Part shown: piece after piece, positions 28,431-41,300 of the stretch
How positions within the stretch are numbered: position 1 is the stretch's first letter
Layout: each line of letters opens with the position of its first letter
Assembly: GCA_964057225.1 (NCBI GenBank)
Contig: OZ059898.1
Coordinates: forward strand, 19,778,001 to 19,842,000
Direction: 5' to 3'
Source: Auanema rhodensis
Lineage: Eukaryota; Animalia; Nematoda
DNA length: 64,000 nucleotides
Translations under genes and position numbers: made by a program
Notes under the pieces: generated by a model
What the model was told of the DNA's origin: nothing
What the model saw: only the letters and a program-made list of their open reading frames with translations
Databases searched by the model: none

Positions 28431-31400
28431 TTACTTTTTGCTAAATTATTTTGAAATTTTTTGAAAAAATTTTTGTCAAAATGTTTTTGGAAGCAAGGTT
28501 GAGTGTACATGGAAACTCAACATACACTAATGCATTATTTTTCAAACGATCATAACTAATTTTTGTATTAAGCGTTTTTCAATGTAGTATAGTGCACTCG
28601 ATGCGGATTTTTAAGCTGCGTCGATCTGTGTTATCAGATTTGCGCTAGCTTAAAAATGCACCGAGATATCAACTGATATAAGTTCACACTTATATCCTCG
28701 ATTTTCACCCTGAAGAATTAATTTTTTCGTTGAATAACATTGTCCATCGTCTTTGCCTTGAAAAAAGGAATCTAAAAACATCTACTTTTTGCTAAATTAT
28801 TTTGAAATTTTTCGAAAAAATTTTTGTCAAAATGTTTTTGGAAGCAAGGTTGAGTGTACATGGAAACTCAACATAAACTAATGCATCATTTTTCAAACGA
28901 TCATAACTAATTTTTGTATTAAGCGTTTTTCAATGTAATATAGTGCATTCGATGCGGATTTTTAAGCTGCGTCGATCTGTGTTATCAGATTTGCGCTAGC
29001 TTAAAAATGCACCGAGATATCAACTGATATAAGTTCACACTTATATCCTCGATTTTCACCCTGAAGAATTAATTTTTTCGTTGAATAACATTGTCCATCG
29101 TCTTTGCCTTGAAAAAAGGAATCTAAAAACATTTACTTTTTGCTAAATTATTTTGAAATTTTTTGAAAAAATTTTTGTCAAAATGTTTTTGGAAGCAAGG
29201 TTGAGTGTACATGGAAACTCAACATACACTAATGCATTATTTTTCAAACGATCATAACTAATTTTTGTATTAAGCGTTTTTCAATGTAGTATAGTGCACT
29301 CGATGCGGATTTTTAAGCTGCGTCGATCTGTGTTATCAGATTTGCGCTAGCTTAAAAATGCACCGAGATATCAACTGATATAAGTTCACACTTATATCCT
29401 CGATTTTCACCCTGAAGAATTAATTTTTTCGTTGAATAACATTGTCCATCGTCTTTGCCTTGAAAAAAGGAATCTAAAAACATCTACTTTTTGCTAAATT
29501 ATTTTGAAATTTTTCGAAAAAATTTTTGTCAAAATGTTTTTGGAAGCAAGGTTGAGTGTACATGGAAACTCAACATAAACTAATGCATCATTTTTCAAAC
29601 GATCATAACTAATTTTTGTATTAAGCGTTTTTCAATGTAATATAGTGCATTCGATGCGGATTTTTAAGCTGCGTCGATCTGTGTTATCAGATTTGCGCTA
29701 GCTTAAAAATGCACCGAAATATCAACTGATATAAGTTCACACTTATATCCTCGATTTTCACCCTGAAGAATTAATTTTTTCGTTGAATAACATTGTCCAT
29801 CGTCTTTGCCTTGAAAAAAGGAATCTAAAAACATTTACTTTTTGCTAAATTATTTTGAAATTTTTTGAAAAAATTTTTGTCAAAATGTTTTTGGAAGCAA
29901 GGTTGAGTGTACATGGAAACTCAACATACACTAATGCATTATTTTTCAAACGATCATAACTAATTTTTGTATTAAGCGTTTTTCAATGTAGTATAGTGCA
30001 CTCGATGCGGATTTTTAAGCTGCGTCGATCTGTGTTATCAGATTTGCGCTAGCTTAAAAATGCACCGAGATATCAACTGATATAAGTTCACACTTATATC
30101 CTCGATTTTCACCCTGAAGAATTAATTTTTTCGTTGAATAACATTGTCCATCGTCTTTGCCTTGAAAAAAGGAATCTAAAAACATCTACTTTTTGCTAAA
30201 TTATTTTGAAATTTTTCGAAAAAATTTTTGTCAAAATGTTTTTGGAAGCAAGGTTGAGTGTACATGGAAACTCAACATAAACTAATGCATCATTTTTCAA
30301 ACGATCATAACTAATTTTTGTATTAAGCGTTTTTCAATGTAATATAGTGCATTCGATGCGGATTTTTAAGCTGCGTCGATCTGTGTTATCAGATTTGCGC
30401 TAGCTTAAAAATGCACCGAGATATCAACTGATATAAGTTCACACTTATATCCTCGATTTTCACCCTGAAGAATTAATTTTTTCGTTGAATAACATTGTCC
30501 ATCGTCTTTGCCTTGAAAAAAGGAATCTAAAAACATTTACTTTTTGCTAAATTATTTTGAAATTTTTTGAAAAAATTTTTGTCAAAATGTTTTTGGAAGC
30601 AAGGTTGAGTGTACATGGAAACTCAACATACACTAATGCATTATTTTTCAAACGATCATAACTAATTTTTGTATTAAGCGTTTTTCAATGTAGTATAGTG
30701 CACTCGATGCGGATTTTTAAGCTGCGTCGATCTGTGTTATCAGATTTGCGCTAGCTTAAAAATGCACCGAGATATCAACTGATATAAGTTCACACTTATA
30801 TCCTCGATTTTCACCCTGAAGAATTAATTTTTTCGTTGAATAACATTGTCCATCGTCTTTGCCTTGAAAAAAGGAATCTAAAAACATCTACTTTTTGCTA
30901 AATTATTTTGAAATTTTTCGAAAAAATTTTTGTCAAAATGTTTTTGGAAGCAAGGTTGAGTGTACATGGAAACTCAACATAAACTAATGCATCATTTTTC
31001 AAACGATCATAACTAATTTTTGTATTAAGCGTTTTTCAATGTAATATAGTGCATTCGATGCGGATTTTTAAGCTGCGTCGATCTGTGTTATCAGATTTGC
31101 GCTAGCTTAAAAATGCACCGAAATATCAACTGATATAAGTTCACACTTATATCCTCGATTTTCACCCTGAAGAATTAATTTTTTCGTTGAATAACATTGT
31201 CCATCGTCTTTGCCTTGAAAAAAGGAATCTAAAAACATTTACTTTTTGCTAAATTATTTTGAAATTTTTTGAAAAAATTTTTGTCAAAATGTTTTTGGAA
31301 GCAAGGTTGAGTGTACATGGAAACTCAACATACACTAATGCATTATTTTTCAAACGATCATAACTAATTTTTGTATTAAGCGTTTTTCAATGTAGTATAG

Positions 31401-31940
31401 TGCACTCGATGCGGATTTTTAAGCTGCGTCGATCTGTGTTATCAGATTTGCGCTAGCTTAAAAATGCACCGAGATATCAACTGATATAAGTTCACACTTA
31501 TATCCTCGATTTTCACCCTGAAGAATTAATTTTTTCGTTGAATAACATTGTCCATCGTCTTTGCCTTGAAAAAAGGAATCTAAAAACATCTACTTTTTGC
31601 TAAATTATTTTGAAATTTTTCGAAAAAATTTTTGTCAAAATGTTTTTGGAAGCAAGGTTGAGTGTACATGGAAACTCAACATAAACTAATGCATCATTTT
31701 TCAAACGATCATAACTAATTTTTGTATTAAGCGTTTTTCAATGTAATATAGTGCATTCGATGCGGATTTTTAAGCTGCGTCGATCTGTGTTATCAGATTT
31801 GCGCTAGCTTAAAAATGCACCGAGATATCAACTGATATAAGTTCACACTTATATCCTCGATTTTCACCCTGAAGAATTAATTTTTTCGTTGAATAACATT
31901 GTCCATCGTCTTTGCCTTGAAAAAAGGAATCTAAAAACAT
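28431..31940. repeat. Dimeric (702-bp) higher-order repeat x5; same dimer x3 at 20358-22463 and x2 at 32292-33695
   Basis: Strict alternation of type A (tttac, ttttttga, gcactc) and type B (cataaact, gcatca, gtaata) monomers. Confidence 0.9.
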
Positions 31941-34900
31941 CTACTTTTTGCTAAATTATTTTGAAATTTTTCGAAAAAATTTTTGTCAAAATGTTTTTGG
32001 AAGCAAGGTTGAGTGTACATGGAAACTCAACATACACTAATGCATTATTTTTCAAACGATCATAACTAATTTTTGTATTAAGCGTTTCTCAATGTAGTAT
32101 AGTGCATTCGATGCGGATTTTCAAGCTGCGTCGATCTGTGTTATCAGATTTGCGCTAGCTTAAAAATGCACCGAGATATCAACTGATATAAGTTCACACT
32201 TATATCCTCGATTTTCACCCTGAAGAATTAATTTTTTCGTTGAAAAACATTGTCCATCGTCTTTGCCTTGAAAAAAGGAATCTAAAAACATTTACTTTTT
32301 GCTAAATTATTTTGAAATTTTTTGAAAAAATTTTTGTCAAAATGTTTTTGGAAGCAAGGTTGAGTGTACATGGAAACTCAACATACACTAATGCATTATT
32401 TTTCAAACGATCATAACTAATTTTTGTATTAAGCGTTTTTCAATGTAGTATAGTGCACTCGATGCGGATTTTTAAGCTGCGTCGATCTGTGTTATCAGAT
32501 TTGCGCTAGCTTAAAAATGCACCGAGATATCAACTGATATAAGTTCACACTTATATCCTCGATTTTCACCCTGAAGAATTAATTTTTTCGTTGAATAACA
32601 TTGTCCATCGTCTTTGCCTTGAAAAAAGGAATCTAAAAACATCTACTTTTTGCTAAATTATTTTGAAATTTTTCGAAAAAATTTTTGTCAAAATGTTTTT
32701 GGAAGCAAGGTTGAGTGTACATGGAAACTCAACATAAACTAATGCATCATTTTTCAAACGATCATAACTAATTTTTGTATTAAGCGTTTTTCAATGTAAT
32801 ATAGTGCATTCGATGCGGATTTTTAAGCTGCGTCGATCTGTGTTATCAGATTTGCGCTAGCTTAAAAATGCACCGAAATATCAACTGATATAAGTTCACA
32901 CTTATATCCTCGATTTTCACCCTGAAGAATTAATTTTTTCGTTGAATAACATTGTCCATCGTCTTTGCCTTGAAAAAAGGAATCTAAAAACATTTACTTT
33001 TTGCTAAATTATTTTGAAATTTTTTGAAAAAATTTTTGTCAAAATGTTTTTGGAAGCAAGGTTGAGTGTACATGGAAACTCAACATACACTAATGCATTA
33101 TTTTTCAAACGATCATAACTAATTTTTGTATTAAGCGTTTTTCAATGTAGTATAGTGCACTCGATGCGGATTTTTAAGCTGCGTCGATCTGTGTTATCAG
33201 ATTTGCGCTAGCTTAAAAATGCACCGAGATATCAACTGATATAAGTTCACACTTATATCCTCGATTTTCACCCTGAAGAATTAATTTTTTCGTTGAATAA
33301 CATTGTCCATCGTCTTTGCCTTGAAAAAAGGAATCTAAAAACATCTACTTTTTGCTAAATTATTTTGAAATTTTTCGAAAAAATTTTTGTCAAAATGTTT
33401 TTGGAAGCAAGGTTGAGTGTACATGGAAACTCAACATAAACTAATGCATCATTTTTCAAACGATCATAACTAATTTTTGTATTAAGCGTTTTTCAATGTA
33501 ATATAGTGCATTCGATGCGGATTTTTAAGCTGCGTCGATCTGTGTTATCAGATTTGCGCTAGCTTAAAAATGCACCGAGATATCAACTGATATAAGTTCA
33601 CACTTATATCCTCGATTTTCACCCTGAAGAATTAATTTTTTCGTTGAATAACATTGTCCATCGTCTTTGCCTTGAAAAAAGGAATCTAAAAACATCTACT
33701 TTTTGCTAAATTATTTTGAAATTTTTCGAAAAAATTTTTGTCAAAATGTTTTTGGAAGCAAGGTTGAGTGTACATGGAAACTCAACATACACTAATGCAT
33801 TATTTTTCAAACGATCATAACTAATTTTTGTATTAAGCGTTTCTCAATGTAGTATAGTGCATTCGATGCGGATTTTCAAGCTGCGTCGATCTGTGTTATC
33901 AGATTTGCGCTAGCTTAAAAATGCACCGAGATATCAACTGATATAAGTTCACACTTATATCCTCGATTTTCACCCTGAAGAATTAATTTTTTCGTTGAAT
34001 AACATTGTCCATCGTCTTTGCCTTGAAAAAAGGAATCTAAAAACATCTACTTTTTGCTAAATTATTTTGAAATTTTTCGAAAAAATTTTTGTCAAAATGT
34101 TTTTGGAAGCAATATTGAGTGTACATGGAAACTCAACATACACTAATGCATTATTTTTCAAACGATCATAACTAATTTTTGTATTAAGCGTTTCTCAATG
34201 TAGTATAGTGCACTCGATGCGGATTTTTAAGCTGCGTCGATCTGTGTTATCAGATTTGCGCTAGCTTAAAAATGCACCGAGATATCAACTGATATAAGTT
34301 CACACTTATATCCTCGATTTTCACCCTGAAGAATTAATTTTTTCGTTGAAAAACATTGTCCATCGTCTTTGCCTTGAAAAAAGGAATCTAAAAACATCTA
34401 CTTTTTGCTAAATTATTCTGAAATTTTTCGAAAAAATTTTTGTCAAAATGTTTTTGGAAGCAAGGTTGAGTGTACATGGAAACTCAACATACACTAATGC
34501 ATCATTTTTCGAACAATCATAACTAATTTTTGTATTAAGCGTTTCTCAATGTAATATAGTGCATTCGATGCGGATTTTTAAGCTGCGTCGATCTGTGTTA
34601 TCGGATTTTCGCTAGCTTAAAAATGCACCGAGATATCAACTGATATAAGTTCACACTTATATCCTCGATTTTCACCCTGAAGAATTAATTTTTTCGTTGA
34701 ATAACATTGTCCATCGTCTTTGCCTTGAAAAAAGGAATCTAAAAACATCTACTTTTTGCTAAATTATTTTGAAATTTTTCGAAAAAATTTTTGTCAAAAT
34801 GTTTTTGGAAGCAATGTTGAGTGTACATGGAAACTCAACATACACTAATGCATCATTTTTCAAACAATCATAACTAATTTTTGTATTAAGCGTTTCTCAA

Positions 34901-35346
34901 TGTAATATAGTGCATTCGATGCGGATTTTTAAGCTGCGTCGATCTGTGTTATCGGATTTTCGCTAGCTTAAAAATGCACCGAGATATCAACTGATATAAG
35001 TTCACACTTATATCCTCGATTTTCACCCTGAAGAATTAATTTTTTCGTTGAATAACATTGTCCATCGTCTTTGCCTTGTAAAAAGGAATCTAAAAACATC
35101 TACTTTTTGCTAAATTATTCTGAAATTTTTCGAAAAAATTTTTGTCAAAATGTTTTTGGAAGCAAGGTTGAGTGTACTTGGAAACTCAACATACACTAAT
35201 GCATTATTTTTCAAACGATCATAACTAATTTTTGTATTAAGCGTTTCTCAATGTAGTATAGTGCATTCGATGCGGATTTTTAAGCTGCGTCGATCTGTGT
35301 TATCAGATTTGCGCTAGCTTAAAAATGCACCGAGATATCAACTGAT

Positions 35347-38300
35347 ATAAGTTCACACTTATATCCTCGATTTTCACCCTGAAGAATTAATTTTTTCGTT
35401 GAATAACATTGTCCATCGTCTTTGCCTTGTAAAAAGGAATCTAAAAACATCTACTTTTTGCTAAATTATTCTGAAATTTTTCGAAAAAATTTTTGTCAAA
35501 ATGTTTTTGGAAGCAAGGTTGAGTGTACTTGGAAACTCAACATACACTAATGCATTATTTTTCAAACGATCATAACTAATTTTTGTATTAAGCGTTTCTC
35601 AATGTAGTATAGTGCATTCGATGCGGATTTTTAAGCTGCGTCGATCTGTGTTATCAGATTTGCGCTACCTTAAAAATGCACCGAGATATCAACTGATATA
35701 AGTTCACACTTATATCCTCGATTTTCACCCTGAAGAATTAATTTTTTCGTTGAATAACATTGTCCATCGTCTTTGCCTTGAAAAAAGGAATCTAAAAACA
35801 TTTACTTTTTGCTAAATTATTTTGAAATTTTTTGAAAAAATTTTTGTCAAAATGTTTTTGGAAGCAAGGTTGAGTGTACATGGAAACTCAACATACACTA
35901 ATGCATTATTTTTCAAACGATCATAACTAATTTTTGTATTAAGCGTTTTTCAATGTAGTATAGTGCACTCGATGCGGATTTTTAAGCTGCGTCGATCTGT
36001 GTTATCAGATTTGCGCTAGCTTAAAAATGCACCGAGATATCAACTGATATAAGTTCACACTTATATCCTCGATTTTCACCCTGAAGAATTAATTTTTTCG
36101 TTGAATAACATTGTCCATCGTCTTTGCCTTGAAAAAAGGAATCTAAAAACATCTACTTTTTGCTAAATTATTTTGAAATTTTTCGAAAAATTTTTGTCAA
36201 AATGTTTTTGGAAGCAAGGTTGAGTGTACATGGAAACTCAACATAAACTAATGCATCATTTTTCAAACGATCATAACTAATTTTTGTATTAAGCGTTTTT
36301 CAATGTAATATAGTGCATTCGATGCGGATTTTTAAGCTGCGTCGATCTGTGTTATCGGATTTTCGCTAGCTTAAAAATGCACCGAGATATCAACTGATAT
36401 AAGTTCACACTTATATCCTCGATTTTCACCCTGAAAAATTAATTTTTTCGTTGAATAACATTGTCCATCGTCTTTGCCTTGAAAAAAGGAATCTAAAAAC
36501 ATCTACTTTTTGCTAAATTATTTTGAAATTTTTCGAAAAAATTTTTGTCAAAATGTTTTTGGAAGCAAGGTTGAGTGTACATGGAAACTCAACATACACT
36601 AATGCATTATTTTTCAAACGATCATAACTAATTTTTGTATTAAGCGTTTCTCAATGTAGTATAGTGCATTCGATGCGGATTTTCAAGCTGCGTCGATCTG
36701 TGTTATCAGATTTGCGCTAGCTTAAAAATGCACCGAGATATCAACTGATATAAGTTCACACTTATATCCTCGATTTTCACCCTGAAGAATTAGTTTTTTC
36801 GTTGAATAACATTGTCTATCGTCTTTGCCATGAAAAAAGGAATCTAAAAACATCTACTTTTTGCTAAATTATTTTGAAATTTTTCGAAAAAATTTTTGTC
36901 AAAATGTTTTTGGAAGCAATATTGAGTGTACATGGAAACTCAACATACACTAATGCATTATTTTTCAAACGATCATAACTAATTTTTGTATTAAGCGTTT
37001 CTCAATGTAGTATAGTGCATTCGATGCGGATTTTTAAGCTGCGTCGATCTGTGTTATCAGATTTGCGCTAGCTTAAAAATGCACCGAGATATCAACTGAT
37101 ATAAGTTCACACTTATATCCTCGATTTTCACCCTGAAGAATTAATTTTTTCGTTGAATAACATTGTCCATCGTCTTTGCCTTGAAAAAAGGAATCTAAAA
37201 ACATCTACTTTTTGCTAAATTATTTTGAAATTTTTCGAAAAAATTTTTGTCAAAATGTTTTTGGAAGCAAGGTTGAGTGTACATGGAAACTCAACATAAA
37301 CTAATGCATCATTTTTCAAACGATCATAACTAATTTTTGTATTAAGCGTTTTTCAATGTAATATAGTGCATTCGATGCGGATTTTTAAGCTGCGTCGATC
37401 TGTGTTATCGGATTTTCGCTAGCTTAAAAATGCACCGAGATATCAACTGATATAAGTTCACACTTATATCCTCGATTTTCACCCTGAAAAATTAATTTTT
37501 TCGTTGAATAACATTGTCCATCGTCTTTGCCTTGAAAAAAGGAATCTAAAAACATCTACTTTTTGCTAAATTATTTTGAAATTTTTCGAAAAAATTTTTG
37601 TCAAAATGTTTTTGGAAGCAAGGTTGAGTGTACATGGAAACTCAACATACACTAATGCATTATTTTTCAAACGATCATAACTAATTTTTGTATTAAGCGT
37701 TTCTCAATGTAGTATAGTGCATTCGATGCGGATTTTCAAGCTGCGTCGATCTGTGTTATCAGATTTGCGCTAGCTTAAAAATGCACCGAGATATCAACTG
37801 ATATAAGTTCACACTTATATCCTCGATTTTCACCCTGAAGAATTAGTTTTTTCGTTGAATAACATTGTCTATCGTCTTTGCCTTGAAAAAAGGAATCTAA
37901 AAACATCTACTTTTTGCTAAATTATTTTGAAATTTTTCGAAAAAATTTTTGTCAAAATGTTTTTGGAAGCAATATTGAGTGTACATGGAAACTCAACATA
38001 CACTAATGCATTATTTTTCAAACGATCATAACTAATTTTTGTATTAAGCGTTTTTCAATGTAGTATAGTGCATTCGATGCGGATTTTTAAGCTGCGTCGA
38101 TCTGTGTTATCAGATTTGCGCTAGCTTAAAAATGCACCGAGATATCAACTGATATAAGTTCACACTTATATCCTCGATTTTCACCCTGAAGAATTAATTT
38201 TTTCGTTGAATAACATTGTCCATCGTCTTTGCCTTGAAAAAAGGAATCTAAAAACATCTACTTTTTGCTAAATTATTTTGAAATTTTTCGAAAAAATTTT

Positions 38301-41300
38301 TGTCAAAATGTTTTTGGAAGCAAGGTTGAGTGTACATGGAAACTCAACATACACTAATGCATTATTTTTCAAACGATCATAACTAATTTTTGTATTAAGC
38401 GTTTCTCAATGTAGTATAGTGCATTCGATGCGGATTTTTAAGCTGCGTCGATCTGTGTTATCAGATTTGCGCTAGCTTAAAAATGCACCGAGATATCAAC
38501 TGATATAAGTTCACACTTATATCCTCGATTTTCACCCTGAAGAATTAATTTTTTCGTTGAATAACATTGTCCATCGTCTTTGCCTTGTAAAAAGGAATCT
38601 AAAAACATCTACTTTTTGCTAAATTATTTTGAAATTTTTCGAAAAAATTTTTGTCAAAATGTTTTTGGAAGCAAGGTTGAGTGTACTTGGAAACTCAACA
38701 TACACTAATGCATTATTTTTCAAACGATCATAACTAATTTTTGTATTAAGCGTTTCTCAATGTAGTATAGTGCATTCGATGCGGATTTTTAAGCTGCGTC
38801 GATCTGTGTTATCAGATTTGCGCTAGCTTAAAAATGCACCGAGATATCAACTGATATAAGTTCACACTTATATCCTCGATTTTCACCCTGAAGAATTAAT
38901 TTTTTCGTTGAATAACATTGTCCATCGTCTTTGCCTTGAAAAAAGGAATCTAAAAACATTTACTTTTTGCTAAATTATTTTGAAATTTTTTGAAAAAATT
39001 TTTGTCAAAATGTTTTTGGAAGCAAGGTTGAGTGTACATGGAAACTCAACATACACTAATGCATTATTTTTCAAACGATCATAACTAATTTTTGTATTAA
39101 GCGTTTTTCAATGTAGTATAGTGCACTCGATGCGGATTTTTAAGCTGCGTCGATCTGTGTTATCAGATTTGCGCTAGCTTAAAAATGCACCGAGATATCA
39201 ACTGAAATAAGTTCACACTTATATCCTCGATTTTCACCCTGAAGAATTAATTTTTTCGTTGAATAACATTGTCCATCGTCTTTGCCTTGAAAAAAGGAAT
39301 CTAAAAACATCTACTTTTTGCTAAATTATTTTGAAATTTTTCGAAAAAATTTTTGTCAAAATGTTTTTGGAAGCAAGGTTGAGTGTACATGGAAACTCAA
39401 CATACACTAATGCATTATTTTTCAAACGATCATAACTAATTTTTGTATTAAGCGTTTCTCAATGTAGTATAGTGCATTCGATGCGGATTTTCAAGCTGCG
39501 TCGATCTGTGTTATCAGATTTGCGCTAGCTTAAAAATGCACCGAGATATCAACTGATATAAGTTCACACTTATATCCTCGATTTTCACCCTGAAGAATTA
39601 ATTTTTTCGTTGAATAACATTGTCCATCGTCTTTGCCTTGAAAAAAGGAATCTAAAAACATCTACTTTTTGCTAAATTATTTTGAAATTTTTCGAAAAAA
39701 TTTTTGTCAAAATGTTTTTGGAAGCAATATTGAGTGTACATGGAAACTCAACATACACTAATGCATTATTTTTCAAACGATCATAACTAATTTTTGTATT
39801 AAGCGTTTCTCAATGTAGTATAGTGCACTCGATGCGGATTTTTAAGCTGCGTCGATCTGTGTTATCAGATTTGCGCTAGCTTAAAAATGCACCGAGATAT
39901 CAACTGATATAAGTTCACACTTATATCCTCGATTTTCACCCTGAAGAATTAATTTTTTCGTTGAATAACATTGTCCATCGTCTTTGCCTTGAAAAAAGGA
40001 ATCTAAAAACATCTACTTTTTGCTAAATTATTCTGAAATTTTTCGAAAAAATTTTTGTCAAAATGTTTTTGGAAGCAAGGTTGAGTGTACATGGAAACTC
40101 AACATACACTAATGCATCATTTTTCGAACAATCATAACTAATTTTTGTATTAAGCGTTTCTCAATGTAATATAGTGCATTCGATGCGGATTTTTAAGCTG
40201 CGTCGATCTGTGTTATCGGATTTTCGCTAGCTTAAAAATGCACCGAGATATCAACTGATATAAGTTCACACTTATATCCTCGATTTTCACCCTGAAGAAT
40301 TAATTTTTTCGTTGAATAACATTGTCCATCGTCTTTGCCTTGAAAAAAGGAATCTAAAAACATCTACTTTTTGCTAAATTATTTTGAAATTTTTCGAAAA
40401 AATTTTTGTCAAAATGTTTTTGGAAGCAATGTTGAGTGTACATGGAAACTCAACATACACTAATGCATCATTTTTCAAACAATCATAACTAATTTTTGTA
40501 TTAAGCGTTTCTCAATGTAGTATAGTGCATTCGATGCGGATTTTTAAGCTGCGTCGATCTGTGTTATCAGATTTGCGCTAGCTTAAAAATGCACCGAGAT
40601 ATCAACTGATATAAGTTCACACTTATATCCTCGATTTTCACCCTGAAGAATTAATTTTTTCGTTGAATAACATTGTCCATCGTCTTTGCCTTGTAAAAAG
40701 GAATCTAAAAACATCTACTTTTTGCTAAATTATTCTGAAATTTTTCGAAAAAATTTTTGTCAAAATGTTTTTGGAAGCAAGGTTGAGTGTACTTGGAAAC
40801 TCAACATACCCTAATGCATTATTTTTCAAACGATCATAACTAATTTTTGTATTAAGCGTTTCTCAATGTAGTATAGTGCATTCGATGCGGATTTTTAAGC
40901 TGCGTCGATCTGTGTTATCAGATTTGCGCTAGCTTAAAAATGCACCGAGATATCAACTGATATAAGTTCACACTTATATCCTCGATTTTCACCCTGAAGA
41001 ATTAATTTTTTTGTTGAATAACATTGTCCATCGTCTTTGCCTTGTAAAAAGGAATCTAAAAACATTTACTTTTTGCTAAATTATTCTGAAATTTTTCGAA
41101 AAAATTTTTGTCAAAATGTTTTTGGAAGCAAGGTTGAGTGTACTTGGAAACTCAACATACACTAATGCATTATTTTTCAAACGATCATAACTAATTTTTG
41201 TATTAAGCGTTTCTCAATGTAGTATAGTGCATTCGATGCGGATTTTTAAGCTGCGTCGATCTGTGTTATCAGATTTGCGCTAGCTTAAAAATGCACCGAG

